From an uncultured Armatimonadia bacterium (GTDB lineage: Bacteria > Armatimonadota > Zipacnadia > Zipacnadales > UBA5352), in assembly GCA_964484945.1 (NCBI GenBank), contig CAZAHB010000003.1, positions 600 to 64,599 on the forward strand: a stretch of 64,000 bases of DNA. Direction: 5' to 3'. Shown here one piece after another: positions 10,433 through 19,542 of this stretch. The first letter of the stretch is position 1. Each line of letters opens with the position of its first letter. Under the pieces are notes generated by a model that searched no databases, had not been told where the DNA came from, and saw only the letters and a program-made list of their open reading frames with translations. Made by a program: the position numbers and the translations under genes.

Positions 10433-11515
10433 CTAACGTATCCTCTTTGCAAACTCCCCGAAGAATGCCCGCAGACTGTCCAGGACATGTGGTGTGAGGA
10501 CGATGTTCATGAACTGAACGATCACGCCCTGCGTGGGCGCGATCTCATCCAGCAACGATCTCGTGTGCTCGCGGACCTCGCCAGGCGTTCCGTGCGCGTA
10601 GATGCTCTGCACCGGGGTGCAGCCCCACAGCGCGAGGTCCGCGCCGAATTCGCGCGAGATCGCACGCAGGTCCATGCACTCCGGTTGGACGGGGTTGATG
10701 GCGCTCACCCCGATCTCGAGCAGGTCCGGCAGCAGCGCGGTGATGTCCCCGTCGGAGTGGTAGGCGATCGGCAGGTCCGGCGCAACCTCGCGCGCGGCCC
10801 GGACAGCCGCGGCGTGGCAGGGCTTGAGGTGCTCGCGATACATCGGAAGCGAGATCATCAGCGCCTCCTGCGTGGCGATGTCGTCCCCGATGCGAACCGC
10901 GTCCACACCCGCCCTGGCAAGCATCCGCACCTGCACGATACGCTGGTCCGTCAACTTGCTGAACAGCGCCTCCAGATACTCGGGACGCTCGTAGAAATCG
11001 AGGAAGAGTTGATCGATCCCGCGCATGAGATAGGCGGTCTCCAGCACTGTCTGCGAGGCATTGCCGATAACCGCGAAGCCTTCATCCTGCAGTGACGCAA
11101 CCTGCTCGCGCAATTCCGCCAGATCGCGCGCTGTGTCCGGATCCGGCCACGGGTAGGCGTCAAGTCCCGCGACCGTATCGACCTCCGCGAGCGGATGGAA
11201 GTACCGGTGGCCCGCGTGATGGCCGTGCTCGTTCTGCACGGCGATGCGTCCGATGCCCCAGCAGGAAACCTGGGCCTCAGCGGGAAGATCCGGGAGGTAG
11301 TTGGCAAAACGCTCGCGATCACCGGGTGGCTCGGTGCCGACGTAGCGGATGTCGCCCTCGCGAAAGTACGCGCGCCAGTCCCCGGGCAGGTCGAGCCCGT
11401 CGATGACCTTATGGACCGCCGGGGACCGCAGGGCGTCGTAGGCCACGAGGCCGGGGCCGTCGTGGTGGAGGATGCGAAGGACGCGCTTGCGCGAATGCTG
11501 CATGGGGGCGTTCAT
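10433..11515 (-). CDS. Uroporphyrinogen-decarboxylase (URO-D)-family protein, MtaA/CmuA-like methyltransferase type
   Basis: 360-aa URO-D-like TIM-barrel pattern (…RIGDDIATQ…, …HSDGDI…). Overlaps the upstream gene by 4 nt. Confidence 0.6.
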   Translation of the reverse strand: MNAPMQHSRKRVLRILHHDGPGLVAYDALRSPAVHKVIDGLDLPGDWRAYFREGDIRYVGTEPPGDRERFANYLPDLPAEAQVSCWGIGRIAVQNEHGHHAGHRYFHPLAEVDTVAGLDAYPWPDPDTARDLAELREQVASLQDEGFAVIGNASQTVLETAYLMRGIDQLFLDFYERPEYLEALFSKLTDQRIVQVRMLARAGVDAVRIGDDIATQEALMISLPMYREHLKPCHAAAVRAAREVAPDLPIAYHSDGDITALLPDLLEIGVSAINPVQPECMDLRAISREFGADLALWGCTPVQSIYAHGTPGEVREHTRSLLDEIAPTQGVIVQFMNIVLTPHVLDSLRAFFGEFAKRIR

Positions 11516-13680
11516 CTCTCCGCCGGCTTGCTGATTGTTACAATGCCGAGGTAGCCATCCACGGTGATCTCGTCGCCGTTGCGGATCAGTTCCGCGGCCC
11601 CGGGGACCCCGGTGACGCAGGCGATTCCGTACTCGCGCGCGATGATCGCGCCGTGGACCAGCATGCCGCCGCGCCGCTCGACGATCGCTTCCGCCAGGGG
11701 CACCACGAATGTCATCGTCGGGTCGAGCGAGTCCACCACGAGCACCTCGCCCGCCTGGAAGTCGTACAGATCCTCCTCGCCCTCGATCACCCGCGCGGGG
11801 CCTCGCGCGATGCCCTCGCCGGCCGGTTGGCCGGTAAGCTGGCGCTCCTGCGCGCGCGGACCGTCTGTGTCCGGGGTTGGATCCGGCTCCTCTGCAGCGG
11901 GTTCGGGAGTGTAGTCGGGATCTCGCAGCGCACGGGCGGCATCCTGCGCGGAGAGATCCTCCGGCAGTTCCCGATCAATACGCCTGCGGGCCTCGGCTAC
12001 GGCCCGCTTCACCTGCGCCTCCACGCGGCCGAGGTAGACATTGTCATCATCACGCAGTCGGTAGCTGGCGCGCCCCAGGTCGAGCATCTGCCGGGCGCGC
12101 TCGCGCTCGGGCCCCTCCTCGAAGCCGCTCAAGAAGCGTTCCTGCAGTTCGTCGGCATCGACGCGGTCCAGCGATGCTTCCCCGCGCCGCGCCATCCGCG
12201 CTACAAGCCCGAGGATTTGATGTGGGTCGCGATCAGCAGCGCTCGGATCGGAGAAGCGCTGGGCGTAGCCCGCGAGCATCGCGCGCAGGTCCGCGGGCGG
12301 CTTCTCGCCCGATGCCAGTGCATCCGCGAGATCGCGCTCACGCACGATCTCCGCCATCTCCTCCAGCAACCGGTTGCGCTGCATGCTGACCATCGGCTGA
12401 GCGGAAAGCAGGTCGATGAACTCGTAGGGATCATCGGGACGCACGGTGTCGTTGTATACCTGGCCGAATAGCCGGGCCCCGTGCGCAAAGGGGATGAAGT
12501 CCTCCCAGTAGACGTCATGCCAGCGCTCCCAGGCGTCCGCGCGACGCTCAATGGCATCCGCCAGTTCCGCGTCGGACATGTCCGCGAGATCGACTTCTGC
12601 GAGTCGCTCGGCCTCCGCGATCATCGCCGGGATCTGTTCGCCCTCGATCGTCTCCCGCAGGTCCTCCAGATTCTCGAAGCTGCGGCGCAGGCTCATATAC
12701 CACGATCGGGAGTAGGGTGAGCCATCGTCATCCTCGGAGCGGCCGGTCGTGACGGGCCGCGACTGCAGCGTATGGAGCGTATCCTCGGCGAAAGTCCACT
12801 CCGTGTCCTGAGGGGCCCCGAAGACCTCCTCGGCCCTGCGCGACATTTCATGTACGTCCGGGACCTCGGTGTCGGCAAGTGGGGGAGAGGAGCGCTTTGC
12901 CGCGGGGAGCGGCTGTAGTTCGACGCCGGCGTCGGTGGGCATCACGGCCTCCTCGCGCTCCGCGGGCGTGTGGGAGAAGACCTCTCGGCTCTCGCGGTCG
13001 ATCTCCCAGCGATCGGGCTCGACCGTACCTTCGACGAGGCCCTGGTTGAGCCCCCAGACCGCCTCGATCATCCCGCGGCCGGGCTGATCCGGAGAGCGGC
13101 TGAAGGCTACTCCCGAGCGCTCACCGACCACGATGCGCTGGATCACGACCGCCATCGCGCTCTCTTCCGGGTCCAACCCAAGCTCCTGGCGATACAGCAG
13201 CGCCGCATCCGACCACAGGGAGGCCCAGACGAGGCGGACGTGCTCGGCTATCTCCTCCGCCCCGCGGACATTCACGAAGCTCTCGTGCAGACCGGCGAAG
13301 GAGGTGCCCGCAGCGTCCTCGGCGAGCGCGGAGGAGCGCACGACCGTGGCCCTGTCGCCGAAGCGCTTTTCCATGGCAGCAAGCATCTCATCCCGCATCT
13401 CATCGGGCAGCGGTCGGGACGAGAACATGTTGCGTATGCGAAGGGCCGCGTCCCACATCTCCTCCCACCGCATATCCTCGAAACGCTTCCGCGAAAGCTC
13501 AAGGCTGATCTGCTGGCCGAGACCTGTCTCTTCAACGTAGCGGCGGTACTGGCGGGCGGGGACGACCGCCGCGTCGGGGATAGTCAGGCCTGCGCGGGAC
13601 ATCGTTGCGAGCGCCCAGGCCTTGCCGCCGACTTCGCCACGAAGGTCCTCGCCAATTTCGGACAATCCCAGGATGCTCAT
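11512..13680 (-). CDS. PEP-utilizing enzyme (phosphoenolpyruvate synthase/pyruvate phosphate dikinase-like; rifampicin-phosphotransferase-type architecture)
   Basis: N-terminal PPDK_N-type ATP-grasp start (LSEIGEDLRGEVGGKAWALATM). C-terminal mobile phosphohistidine domain GGMLVHGAIIAREYGIACVTGV. Confidence 0.75.
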   Translation of the reverse strand: MSILGLSEIGEDLRGEVGGKAWALATMSRAGLTIPDAAVVPARQYRRYVEETGLGQQISLELSRKRFEDMRWEEMWDAALRIRNMFSSRPLPDEMRDEMLAAMEKRFGDRATVVRSSALAEDAAGTSFAGLHESFVNVRGAEEIAEHVRLVWASLWSDAALLYRQELGLDPEESAMAVVIQRIVVGERSGVAFSRSPDQPGRGMIEAVWGLNQGLVEGTVEPDRWEIDRESREVFSHTPAEREEAVMPTDAGVELQPLPAAKRSSPPLADTEVPDVHEMSRRAEEVFGAPQDTEWTFAEDTLHTLQSRPVTTGRSEDDDGSPYSRSWYMSLRRSFENLEDLRETIEGEQIPAMIAEAERLAEVDLADMSDAELADAIERRADAWERWHDVYWEDFIPFAHGARLFGQVYNDTVRPDDPYEFIDLLSAQPMVSMQRNRLLEEMAEIVRERDLADALASGEKPPADLRAMLAGYAQRFSDPSAADRDPHQILGLVARMARRGEASLDRVDADELQERFLSGFEEGPERERARQMLDLGRASYRLRDDDNVYLGRVEAQVKRAVAEARRRIDRELPEDLSAQDAARALRDPDYTPEPAAEEPDPTPDTDGPRAQERQLTGQPAGEGIARGPARVIEGEEDLYDFQAGEVLVVDSLDPTMTFVVPLAEAIVERRGGMLVHGAIIAREYGIACVTGVPGAAELIRNGDEITVDGYLGIVTISKPAER

Positions 13681-14162
13681 CGCTTGATGTGAAGTTCCGT
13701 GACGTGCTGGAATCGGCGGACAACGTAGTAGCTGTGGACCTCTATGGACAGTAGTGCTGTGGACGGACTGCTGACAAACTCCCGCAGATGCGGATGGACC
13801 GTGGCGAACCGCTCCGCGGACTCGGCGCGCTCGTCGCCATGCAGATCAGAGGCCTCGCCGGTGGCGGTCGCCGCGGCGGCCTCCTCGAAATCGACGGGCA
13901 GATCGCGCGCGTTATCGATGAGCATCGCCACGCGGGGATCGGCCTCGATGTTCGCGAACTTCCGCGTCGCGCGCGGTGTCGCGAAGAGGATCGTGCGGAG
14001 GTCTTCCGCGCCTGCGAAGGCCACGAGGCTGGCGTATGGCGCGCCATCATGATGGGTCGACAGCACGCCCAGGCGCTCGTTGCGTAACAACTGCTCAACG
14101 ACGCGGCGGGCCTCATCGTGGCTGGCTTCGGACGCGATCTGCGGACCATCCTTCGACTGCAT
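13677..14162 (-). CDS. Pyridoxamine 5'-phosphate oxidase-family (FMN-binding split-barrel) protein
   Basis: PNPOx-like pattern (LGVLSTHHDGAPYASLVAFA…). The ATG overlaps the upstream TGA (ATGA) at 14162 and the downstream gene start by 4 nt, which indicates translational coupling. Confidence 0.6.
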   Translation of the reverse strand: MQSKDGPQIASEASHDEARRVVEQLLRNERLGVLSTHHDGAPYASLVAFAGAEDLRTILFATPRATRKFANIEADPRVAMLIDNARDLPVDFEEAAAATATGEASDLHGDERAESAERFATVHPHLREFVSSPSTALLSIEVHSYYVVRRFQHVTELHIKR

Positions 14163-16582
14163 CAGCGAACCCTCACAGTGAACTGCCGGGTGTCTTGCCC
14201 GATCCCTTCGATGCTGCACTGAAGTGTGACGCTAAGCTCCCCGGGTTCATCGGGCGCTGTACCGGTTAGTACGCCACTCGCGGCGTCGATGTTCAGCCAG
14301 TCCGGTGCATTGTTCAGGCTCCACACGGGCTCCTCGACATCCCAGAAACTCGCGTTGTACGGATTGCCATCGATCCTCCGGCACCGCAGGTCGCCGACGG
14401 ATCGTATAGTTTGCGGGCTGGAGGTGAATTCCGCACCGGCCGCGGCTTCCAGTCCTGGTGGCAGTACGATCAGCGGCCGCGGGAGCGCGACGTAGTCCGA
14501 TGGCCCGCTCTCCACACCGTTCGCATCCACCGCCGCGACGCGATAGAAGGCGCGATTGGCGTTTTCATGGTCAAGGTCCGGGCCCATGACCTGCAGCGAC
14601 CGATCTTCCGTTTCGGCAAACAGGTTGGCCGGGAACTCTTTCCAGCCTTTCTCCGGCTCCTGATTGCCCACGTAGACCTCGTAGGGCTCGTCGGAGACCG
14701 AAAAGCCCTGTTCATCGGATCCGTAGACCCTGAAGCGAACGGGATCGGCGCCCTGTGGATTCGCGCGCCATGTCAGCGTCGCGGTGCGCGACTGCCGGTC
14801 AACGTCCAGCACGAGGTCCAGTGGTACGCCCGGCCCACCCGGCTGAAATTCCCACACATCGCTCCACGCGCTCCATGCACTGTGCTCATCGCGGGCACGA
14901 ACGCGCCAGTAATACGTTTCGCCCGGGTTCAGCAGGCCGCGGTGCAAAAGCGTGTACTTCGACGCACCGGCGTCTGCGGTCTTCGAGGAGAGCTTGAAGA
15001 AGTTCGGGGACATCGGCCAGCGCATATCCTCGTGGCGGGCGAGCATGAACTGGTAGTCCTCGATGGCGTCACCGTCCGGATCCGAGGGGACCTCCCACTC
15101 GAAGGCGAACTTCGTACGATCGATGGTGGTGCCATCGGCGGGGAAGACCGGCGTGGCCGGCGGCTTCGGCGGGTGATTGGCGTCAGTCTCGAGCCACTCA
15201 TGCGTGATCCGGACCTGCCGCGGTCCCCTGGTGTCATCGACGTAGCGGATCGCGTTCTCGCCCAGTGTGAGATACGGCATGCACAGCGGCGCCATCTGCA
15301 GGTCGGTACGGGAGTAGAGGCTGCGAAGTATCGCGCCCGGCTCCAGCGTGACGCGCAGGAAGTACTCGAAACGCAGCGCACCATCGTGCGGGAAGTGCGC
15401 ATCAAGGTCGGCCCTGAGGCCGCCATCGGCCGCGGAAAGCTCCAGTGGGATCCAGTCTTCGCCGTGCCACGAAAGTGCGGCCTCGACCCGGCCCTGCGCG
15501 CCGACGGCCAGAGCGCCGCCGACCTGCGCGTAGGGGGCCGCGATGCGGTAGACGATCGATCCGCCCTCAGCGCCTGCCACGAGCGCTCCACCTTCGGGCG
15601 CCAGCCCCGTCACATTCTCCGGGTCCTCTTCGATACGCGTGCCCGTCAGTCGCGGGGTGAACTCCCAGTAGCCGTTCGCGACCATGGGAGCCAGGCGGCT
15701 TTCTTCGTCGATGCGCGCGTGATCCCACGGGCAATGGAACTTCCCTCGGCGCTCCCACGCCCACACGAGCGCTTCGCCCGGCCTCAGCGTCATCGTCATC
15801 TCGTGGTCGATGTGTGATTTCAGATCGCGATCGGGATCGGGTTGGTCGTCTTCGGCGTAGAGCGAGGCGGAGAACTCGCGAATGCGCTGGTTGTCAGGCC
15901 GCAGGACTCCGTAGCAGTGCGTGCGCTTGAGCAGATCGTGGTCGCGGCGGATATCTGCCTCCGAGGCGACCGTCTCGTTGTCGCGCAGCAGCGCGATGAT
16001 ATTCTCGTCGCCATCGAGCAGGCGCCACTTCCCGCCTGCGAAGGCCTCCGTCACCGAGTGTCCAGTGATGCCCGGATGGCGGGTTTTCAGACCCATGGTG
16101 CGGAGGCAATCCGCGAGCACGTGCGCGTCATTGCCGCAGAGAGTGTGGCCGAAGATGTTCCAGACCTTAACCGGGTCATTGTTGTTGCGCGTCCCCGTGG
16201 TGAAATGCCAGCGGTGGCGCGTCTCCCACCACCACATCGCCAGTGCGCGGTCCAGTTCGCTCTCCCGGGGCGCAGTCACATGCTCGACCAGTTCCTCGCA
16301 CGTGCGCCAGTGCCCGCGGTCATCCGTGAAGATCCACGGGTTGACCACCACGGTGTCTCCGATGTTCTCGACGCGGACGGCGCGCATCGGGTGGAACTCT
16401 TGCGACCACGGCCCATACCCGATTGGATCGCGGGTCGTCGGGCCGTCGAGCATCCCGCCCATTTCGATCATCCACGTGTGATCCCCGGTGGTGATGGTCT
16501 CGCTGTGTGTCCGCATCTGTTCACCGCCATACGCGCAGGGCGCTCCGGCCGCGAGGATCGCGGCAAGGAGCGCCCGGAGCAC
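14162..16582 (-). CDS. Secreted multidomain protein: N-terminal transglutaminase-like cysteine-peptidase core plus FN3 and Ig-like domains
   Basis: Signal peptide MLRALLAAILAAGAPCAYG. GHTLCGNDAHVLADCLRTMGLKTRHPG…GHSVTEAFAGGKWRLLDGD resembles the transglutaminase Cys/His/Asp core. YYWRVRARDEHSAWSAWSDVWEF is an FN3-type strand pattern. Confidence 0.55.
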   Translation of the reverse strand: MLRALLAAILAAGAPCAYGGEQMRTHSETITTGDHTWMIEMGGMLDGPTTRDPIGYGPWSQEFHPMRAVRVENIGDTVVVNPWIFTDDRGHWRTCEELVEHVTAPRESELDRALAMWWWETRHRWHFTTGTRNNNDPVKVWNIFGHTLCGNDAHVLADCLRTMGLKTRHPGITGHSVTEAFAGGKWRLLDGDENIIALLRDNETVASEADIRRDHDLLKRTHCYGVLRPDNQRIREFSASLYAEDDQPDPDRDLKSHIDHEMTMTLRPGEALVWAWERRGKFHCPWDHARIDEESRLAPMVANGYWEFTPRLTGTRIEEDPENVTGLAPEGGALVAGAEGGSIVYRIAAPYAQVGGALAVGAQGRVEAALSWHGEDWIPLELSAADGGLRADLDAHFPHDGALRFEYFLRVTLEPGAILRSLYSRTDLQMAPLCMPYLTLGENAIRYVDDTRGPRQVRITHEWLETDANHPPKPPATPVFPADGTTIDRTKFAFEWEVPSDPDGDAIEDYQFMLARHEDMRWPMSPNFFKLSSKTADAGASKYTLLHRGLLNPGETYYWRVRARDEHSAWSAWSDVWEFQPGGPGVPLDLVLDVDRQSRTATLTWRANPQGADPVRFRVYGSDEQGFSVSDEPYEVYVGNQEPEKGWKEFPANLFAETEDRSLQVMGPDLDHENANRAFYRVAAVDANGVESGPSDYVALPRPLIVLPPGLEAAAGAEFTSSPQTIRSVGDLRCRRIDGNPYNASFWDVEEPVWSLNNAPDWLNIDAASGVLTGTAPDEPGELSVTLQCSIEGIGQDTRQFTVRVR

Positions 16583-16604
16583 TCGGGCATGTGCGTGACA
16601 GCGT

Positions 16605-17600
16605 CTAGACAGAAAGGGTCATTCCTTCTTCGGGCACGAATTGCTTGAGGTAGTCCGCGGAGACGCGAAGCTCCTCTATCAGTGCTTCCTCGGTACTGGT
16701 GGAACCAGGGATGATCTCGCCGATCAGGTATGTGTGATCGACCGGCTCAAGCACCTCTGACAGTGGTGAGGAGGCGAACTCGGCATGCGACTGCTCCAGA
16801 GCCTCGAGAATCGGCGGGATCTCCACATGCCCTCGCTCGTTGTACTCCTCCGTGAAGGGCCAGTGATGGCTCGCATCGGGTGTGGTCTGCTGCAGATGGA
16901 CGATCTCCGCCACCGCACCGAAGCGTCGGCACCACTCGACGTAGTCGAGATCCTCGCCTTCGAGGCCGTAGTGCATCCCGGCCTGATGGCCGACGTCAAC
17001 CGTCAGCAGTACCGGGCAGCCGTCGTTGTCGCGGTTGACCGCCAGCAGAAAGTCCTCGGCCTGCTGCAGCGTCCACGGGATCTCGCTGGGGATATACATC
17101 TGCTCGTTGTAGATCGCGCCTATGCCCTTCTCGGCAGCCGCGCGCGACAGCTCGCGGAAAATGCTCTGCACGCGGCCGATTGCGCTCTGGTACGCGCGCT
17201 CATCCTCCATGACCTCAACCGAGATCGCGTCCCAGTGACCGCCGACGCGATCGGTTCCCATCTCAAGCGCCAGATCGCAGCACTGAAGGATCCACTCCTT
17301 CATGCGCTGGCGCGGCTCCGGCTGGCTGTGGGAGAGGCCGTGGAAGCGATGGGTGGCCACGCCGGTGTAAATGTCCGTGATGTTCACATCGTATCGCTCG
17401 GCCTCGGACTTGACCTGGCGGGCGGTCTCAAGCTGAAACTCGCGGTCGCCGGAGAAGAACGGGTCGAGCACATCGCCGCAGAACTCGTGGTGCTTGAAGC
17501 CGATCTCGCGGGTCAGGCGCATCCAGTTTCCGGGGCGCTCCCAGCGGCGTGTGAGGAACGCTCCGTTAATTCCAAGCTGAATATCGACGGTGCGAGCCAT
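16605..17600 (-). CDS. Sugar phosphate isomerase/epimerase (xylose-isomerase-like TIM barrel)
   Basis: AP-endonuclease-2/XI-like TIM-barrel pattern. GGAGGA RBS upstream of the ATG. Confidence 0.7.
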   Translation of the reverse strand: MARTVDIQLGINGAFLTRRWERPGNWMRLTREIGFKHHEFCGDVLDPFFSGDREFQLETARQVKSEAERYDVNITDIYTGVATHRFHGLSHSQPEPRQRMKEWILQCCDLALEMGTDRVGGHWDAISVEVMEDERAYQSAIGRVQSIFRELSRAAAEKGIGAIYNEQMYIPSEIPWTLQQAEDFLLAVNRDNDGCPVLLTVDVGHQAGMHYGLEGEDLDYVEWCRRFGAVAEIVHLQQTTPDASHHWPFTEEYNERGHVEIPPILEALEQSHAEFASSPLSEVLEPVDHTYLIGEIIPGSTSTEEALIEELRVSADYLKQFVPEEGMTLSV

Positions 17601-17645
17601 CGCGAATCCTCCAGATGGTCGAATTGTACCGGGTGATTTTCGGGC

Positions 17646-18752
17646 CTACTCGAAATCGGTCACATACCACTCGCCATCGATCTGTTTGAAATGGATCTCC
17701 CAGACGAGGGTGCTGTCTTCATTCGCATCGCTGTCGTGAATGCCCTCTTCGATGGTGAACACGACAGTGCCATCATCCCGGGTCTGTTTCTCAACGAACG
17801 TGTAGCTGCGGTGCTCGAGGTGTGGTGACGTCGTCCAGTCCTCGGGCGACCATTGCTCTTTCAGGTCCGGGCCCATCCACTGATACATGGCGTCCGGATC
17901 GTCCTTCGCCAGTGCGATCATGAACCCGTAGAAGGTCGGGAGCATGGCCGCATCAACAGTCGCCGGGTCGAAGCCCTTGATGTTGCCCGCGGACATCGCC
18001 TCGCCGACACTTTCGACTGATTCGCCGAGTTCACCGATGATGTCGGTGATATCATCGGCGGTGCCGCCGGATTCGCCATCGGACCCGCCCTCGGCAGGCT
18101 GCTCGGTCTCAGAACCAGCGCCCTCGGCGGAGTTCGCAGGGCTGTCGCCTTCGCTGTCCCCGGTCTCAAGCTGGTTCGTTACCGTCTCGGGCACTTTCAG
18201 TTGCTCAACCCTGTCGAGCGCCGATCTGCCCAGAAACCACATGGCGAGTCCGCCCAGCAGCGCCAGTATGAGAAGCAACGCACAGCCGATGAGACAGACC
18301 GCACCCCAGTTCGTGCCTTTGGACTCGTCGGCCGGTTGTGGGCCCTGAGCCGGTCCGGTCGGTGGTGGTGGCTGCTGGCCGGGTGGAGCCTGACCGGGCT
18401 GCTGGTCCGTCGGCTGCTGAGGGCTGGTCCCGGCCCCGGTTGGTGCCGACGGGGAAGGCGTCTGTTGGGAGGCCGAGGAGGAGTCGCCGGAGGGCTGCGC
18501 TATCGGTTGTGGTGGGGCCTCCTGGGACGATGCTTCGGGGGGCGCCGGCTCAGGCTGGTCGGGCGCTGCCGGCTCAGGGGGCGGAGGCGCCGCGGATGGC
18601 GGCTCCTCTGGGGCCGCAGGGGGCGGACCCTCCGTCTCCGCCTCCTCCTGAGGCTGTTGGTCGCTGTCTTTCGCGGGGCTCACTGACGCGCCGCAGTTGG
18701 GGCAGAACTTCGCGTCATCCGGGACCTCCTGCCCGCACTCTGGACAAAACAT
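17646..18752 (-). CDS. Zinc-ribbon domain membrane protein: N-terminal double zinc ribbon, P/Q-rich linker, one TM helix and a C-terminal extracytoplasmic domain
   Basis: MFCPECGQEVPDDAKFCPNCG, a long proline-rich low-complexity region, then a TM helix AVCLIGCALLLILALLGGLAMWFL. Confidence 0.6.
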   Translation of the reverse strand: MFCPECGQEVPDDAKFCPNCGASVSPAKDSDQQPQEEAETEGPPPAAPEEPPSAAPPPPEPAAPDQPEPAPPEASSQEAPPQPIAQPSGDSSSASQQTPSPSAPTGAGTSPQQPTDQQPGQAPPGQQPPPPTGPAQGPQPADESKGTNWGAVCLIGCALLLILALLGGLAMWFLGRSALDRVEQLKVPETVTNQLETGDSEGDSPANSAEGAGSETEQPAEGGSDGESGGTADDITDIIGELGESVESVGEAMSAGNIKGFDPATVDAAMLPTFYGFMIALAKDDPDAMYQWMGPDLKEQWSPEDWTTSPHLEHRSYTFVEKQTRDDGTVVFTIEEGIHDSDANEDSTLVWEIHFKQIDGEWYVTDFE

Positions 18753-18818
18753 AGTGCTTCCTCCTTCGACTGCGCCGCCTGCTTCACTCGGGACCGATGG
18801 CTCCCGCGGCGACGCACG

Positions 18819-19517
18819 TCACTGTGCGATGTTGAAGATGAACCCGGCTACAAAGAAAAGGAACAGTACAACGAAAAGAGCGATGCAGCCGTACGCACAG
18901 CAGTTCTGTCCGCTCTCCTCGGTCTGGTCTGTCTCCTGTTCAGGACTCTCGGCATAGGTGTCGCCGACGAACTCGCGCATACTGTGGCGCTCTGCACGCT
19001 CGCGCGTCTCCTCCCACATCCGCTCCTCAGCCGATGGGGGAGGAGGCGGCGGCTCCTCTTCCGGTTGGGGATAGACGTCCTCGACGTCATAGCCCGCCGC
19101 CTCGATCAGCGACTTCTCGTCCGCCAGTTCGGCAAGCTCCTCATCAAGCTCGATCTGAGCGCTTTCGACGAGCGCCTGTGCGGCCCGGCGCTCCTTTTCG
19201 CGGAGGCGCGCCCGAGCTGTCGCTGTATCCCCGGGCGCCCTCGCGCTCGCGGCCGAGCCTGCCGGAATGTGCATCCCCTCGACCTCGGGAAGCTCCGGCA
19301 TCTCCGGAATCTCCGGTGGCTCGTCGGGGATTTCAGGAGCCTCGGCCGGTTCAGGCACCTGACCGCCTTCCCACCCGCGCACCAGGCCCTCCGTGTGCGC
19401 AAGGTCGATCATCTCACCGGCCGAATGCGCGGCCTCACCGGTCGGTGTGTGCTCACCACACTCGGGACAGAACACCGCGTCTTCGGGCAGTTCAGTTCCG
19501 CAGTTTTCACAGCGCAT
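18819..19517 (-). CDS. Zinc-ribbon domain protein with an acidic/coiled-coil linker and a C-terminal tail-anchor TM helix. It is a paralogous neighbour of the previous gene.
   Basis: MRCENCGTELPEDAVFCPECG. C-terminal CCAYGCIALFVVLFLFFVAGFIF. Confidence 0.6.
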   Translation of the reverse strand: MRCENCGTELPEDAVFCPECGEHTPTGEAAHSAGEMIDLAHTEGLVRGWEGGQVPEPAEAPEIPDEPPEIPEMPELPEVEGMHIPAGSAASARAPGDTATARARLREKERRAAQALVESAQIELDEELAELADEKSLIEAAGYDVEDVYPQPEEEPPPPPPSAEERMWEETRERAERHSMREFVGDTYAESPEQETDQTEESGQNCCAYGCIALFVVLFLFFVAGFIFNIAQ

Positions 19518-19542
19518 CGCTGTCGCTCCGGATGGCCCGTGA

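Noticed and set aside
14411-15817. Long antisense or alternative-frame ORFs: 14411..15817 (+, 468 aa), 20092..21825 (+, 577 aa), 23669..24760 (+, 363 aa), 33500..34429 (-, 309 aa), 61637..63721 (+, 694 aa), 59667..60701 (+, 344 aa)
   Set aside because: All lie antisense to much longer ORFs with clear domain homology. Their translations are Arg/Ala/Pro-rich low-complexity sequence typical of stop-codon-poor high-GC DNA, and none has an RBS or family signature.
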